From contig NC_043012.1 of assembly GCF_006345805.1 (NCBI RefSeq), positions 55,118,001-55,182,000 on the forward strand: a DNA stretch of 64,000 bases, read 5' to 3'. Position 1 is the first letter of the stretch; each line of letters opens with the position of its first letter. This document shows, one piece after another, positions 62,830 to 64,000 of this stretch. A program made the translations under genes and the position numbers. The DNA is from Octopus sinensis. Lineage: Eukaryota. The notes under the pieces are model-generated. The model worked only from the letters and a program-made list of their open reading frames with translations, made no database searches and had not been told where the DNA came from.

Positions 62830-63186
62830 TGCACTTGTTACAGTCATTAGATTGTGGCCATGCTGGAGCACCACTTTGGAGGATTTTTAGTCCAATGAAT
62901 TGACCCCAGTATCTATTCTATCGGTCTCTTTTGCTGAATTTCTAAGTTACAGGGATGTAAACACACCAACACCAGTTGTCAAGCAGTGGTAGGAACAAAC
63001 AGACACAACAACAAATGCACAGACACATAACAAGCTTCTTTCAGTTTCCACCTACCAAATATACTCACAAGACTTTGGTCCGCCCAAGGTAGGTAGAGGA
63101 CACTTTCTCAAGGTGCCACAGAGTGGTATTGAACCTGGAACCACATGGTTGTGAAGCAAGCTTCTTACTACACAGCCATGCCTGCA
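62830..63186 (-). mobile_element. SINE family 1 copy (older)
   Basis: Reverse complement, diverged. Confidence 0.75.
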
Positions 63187-64000
63187 CCAGTGCACGGAAT
63201 ATTATTATATACACTTGCTGTTATTTGGTTTGCTGCTGCTGTTATCTGATGTGTATTTGTTTTATTGCTTGTTGTTCCTCCAACACTAGCGACATAATCT
63301 AGTTTTAGCTGAAACTGAATGCAAGGACAGTCAGTTGAAATAACAGACATCAAATTAATAATGTTCTCGACTCTCTTTTGTAGCCAACATACATAACTGA
63401 GAAAGACTGACTTTACATAGAGGCCACACAAGACTTCCACAGCACAGTCTACCATGTTTGTTGAGAGGAAAGAGAGAGAGAGAGCGAAAAAGAAAATGTA
63501 TGGATTACTGTTCTCATAGAATTAATAATAATAATAATCCTCTCTAATAAAGGCACAAGGCCTGAAATTTGGTGGGAGGGGAACAGGCGATTACAATGTC
63601 CCCAGTGTTTCACTGGTACTTAATTAATCAACCCCGAAAGGATGAAAAGCAAAGTTGACCATGGTAGAATTTGAACCCAGAACATAGCGACAAATGAAAT
63701 ACTGCTAAGCATTTTGCCCAGCGTGCTAATGATGATATGAATATTCAATTTTTGGCACAAGTCCAGCAGTTTCTGTCTACCAAATCCACTCACAAGGCTT
63801 TGGTCGGCCTGAGGCTATAATAGAAGATACTTGCCCAAGGTGCCCCACAGTGGGACTGAACACAGAACCATGTGGTTGGTAAGCAAGCTACTTACCACAC
63901 AGCCACTCCTAATTTTCTAATACCAGATTCTATCTTGTTGTATGCCACCTTGATTAAATGTTTTCTGCTGTAGCATAAAATCACTCCAAAGCTTGAGGGT

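Overview
AT-rich, repeat-dense animal genomic DNA. The SINE/LINE repertoire looks like that of an octopus (inference, not a database match). The only recognisable host gene is the 5' half of a RUNDC1 orthologue on the minus strand. It has seven small GT-AG coding exons (ATG at 32075, last visible exon 152-242) that splice in frame into MEEVAANTDE...ERWAPLGA...LTTHFAQVQFRLKQ...LKELEQLAFQG...QREKQKELINQLKMQLEDLE...[30 protein letters not shown]; the RUN domain must lie left of the window. The 16-kb intron after the first coding exon holds three notable things: a candidate 27-nt frame-preserving microexon with a long AG-free, UGC/YGCY-rich acceptor region; a decayed Hsmar1-like mariner; and a ~4.6-kb array of ~34 x 137-bp units amplified from the 3' terminal module of an RTE LINE, whose unamplified relatives are visible elsewhere in the window. 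Positions 32.1-64 kb have no recognisable protein-coding exons and consist of tRNA-derived SINEs with interchangeable heads and tails, RTE/CR1 LINE remnants, MITEs and microsatellites. Nearly all ORFs in the supplied track are artefacts of repeats. Repeat boundaries are approximate; exon boundaries were counted base by base.
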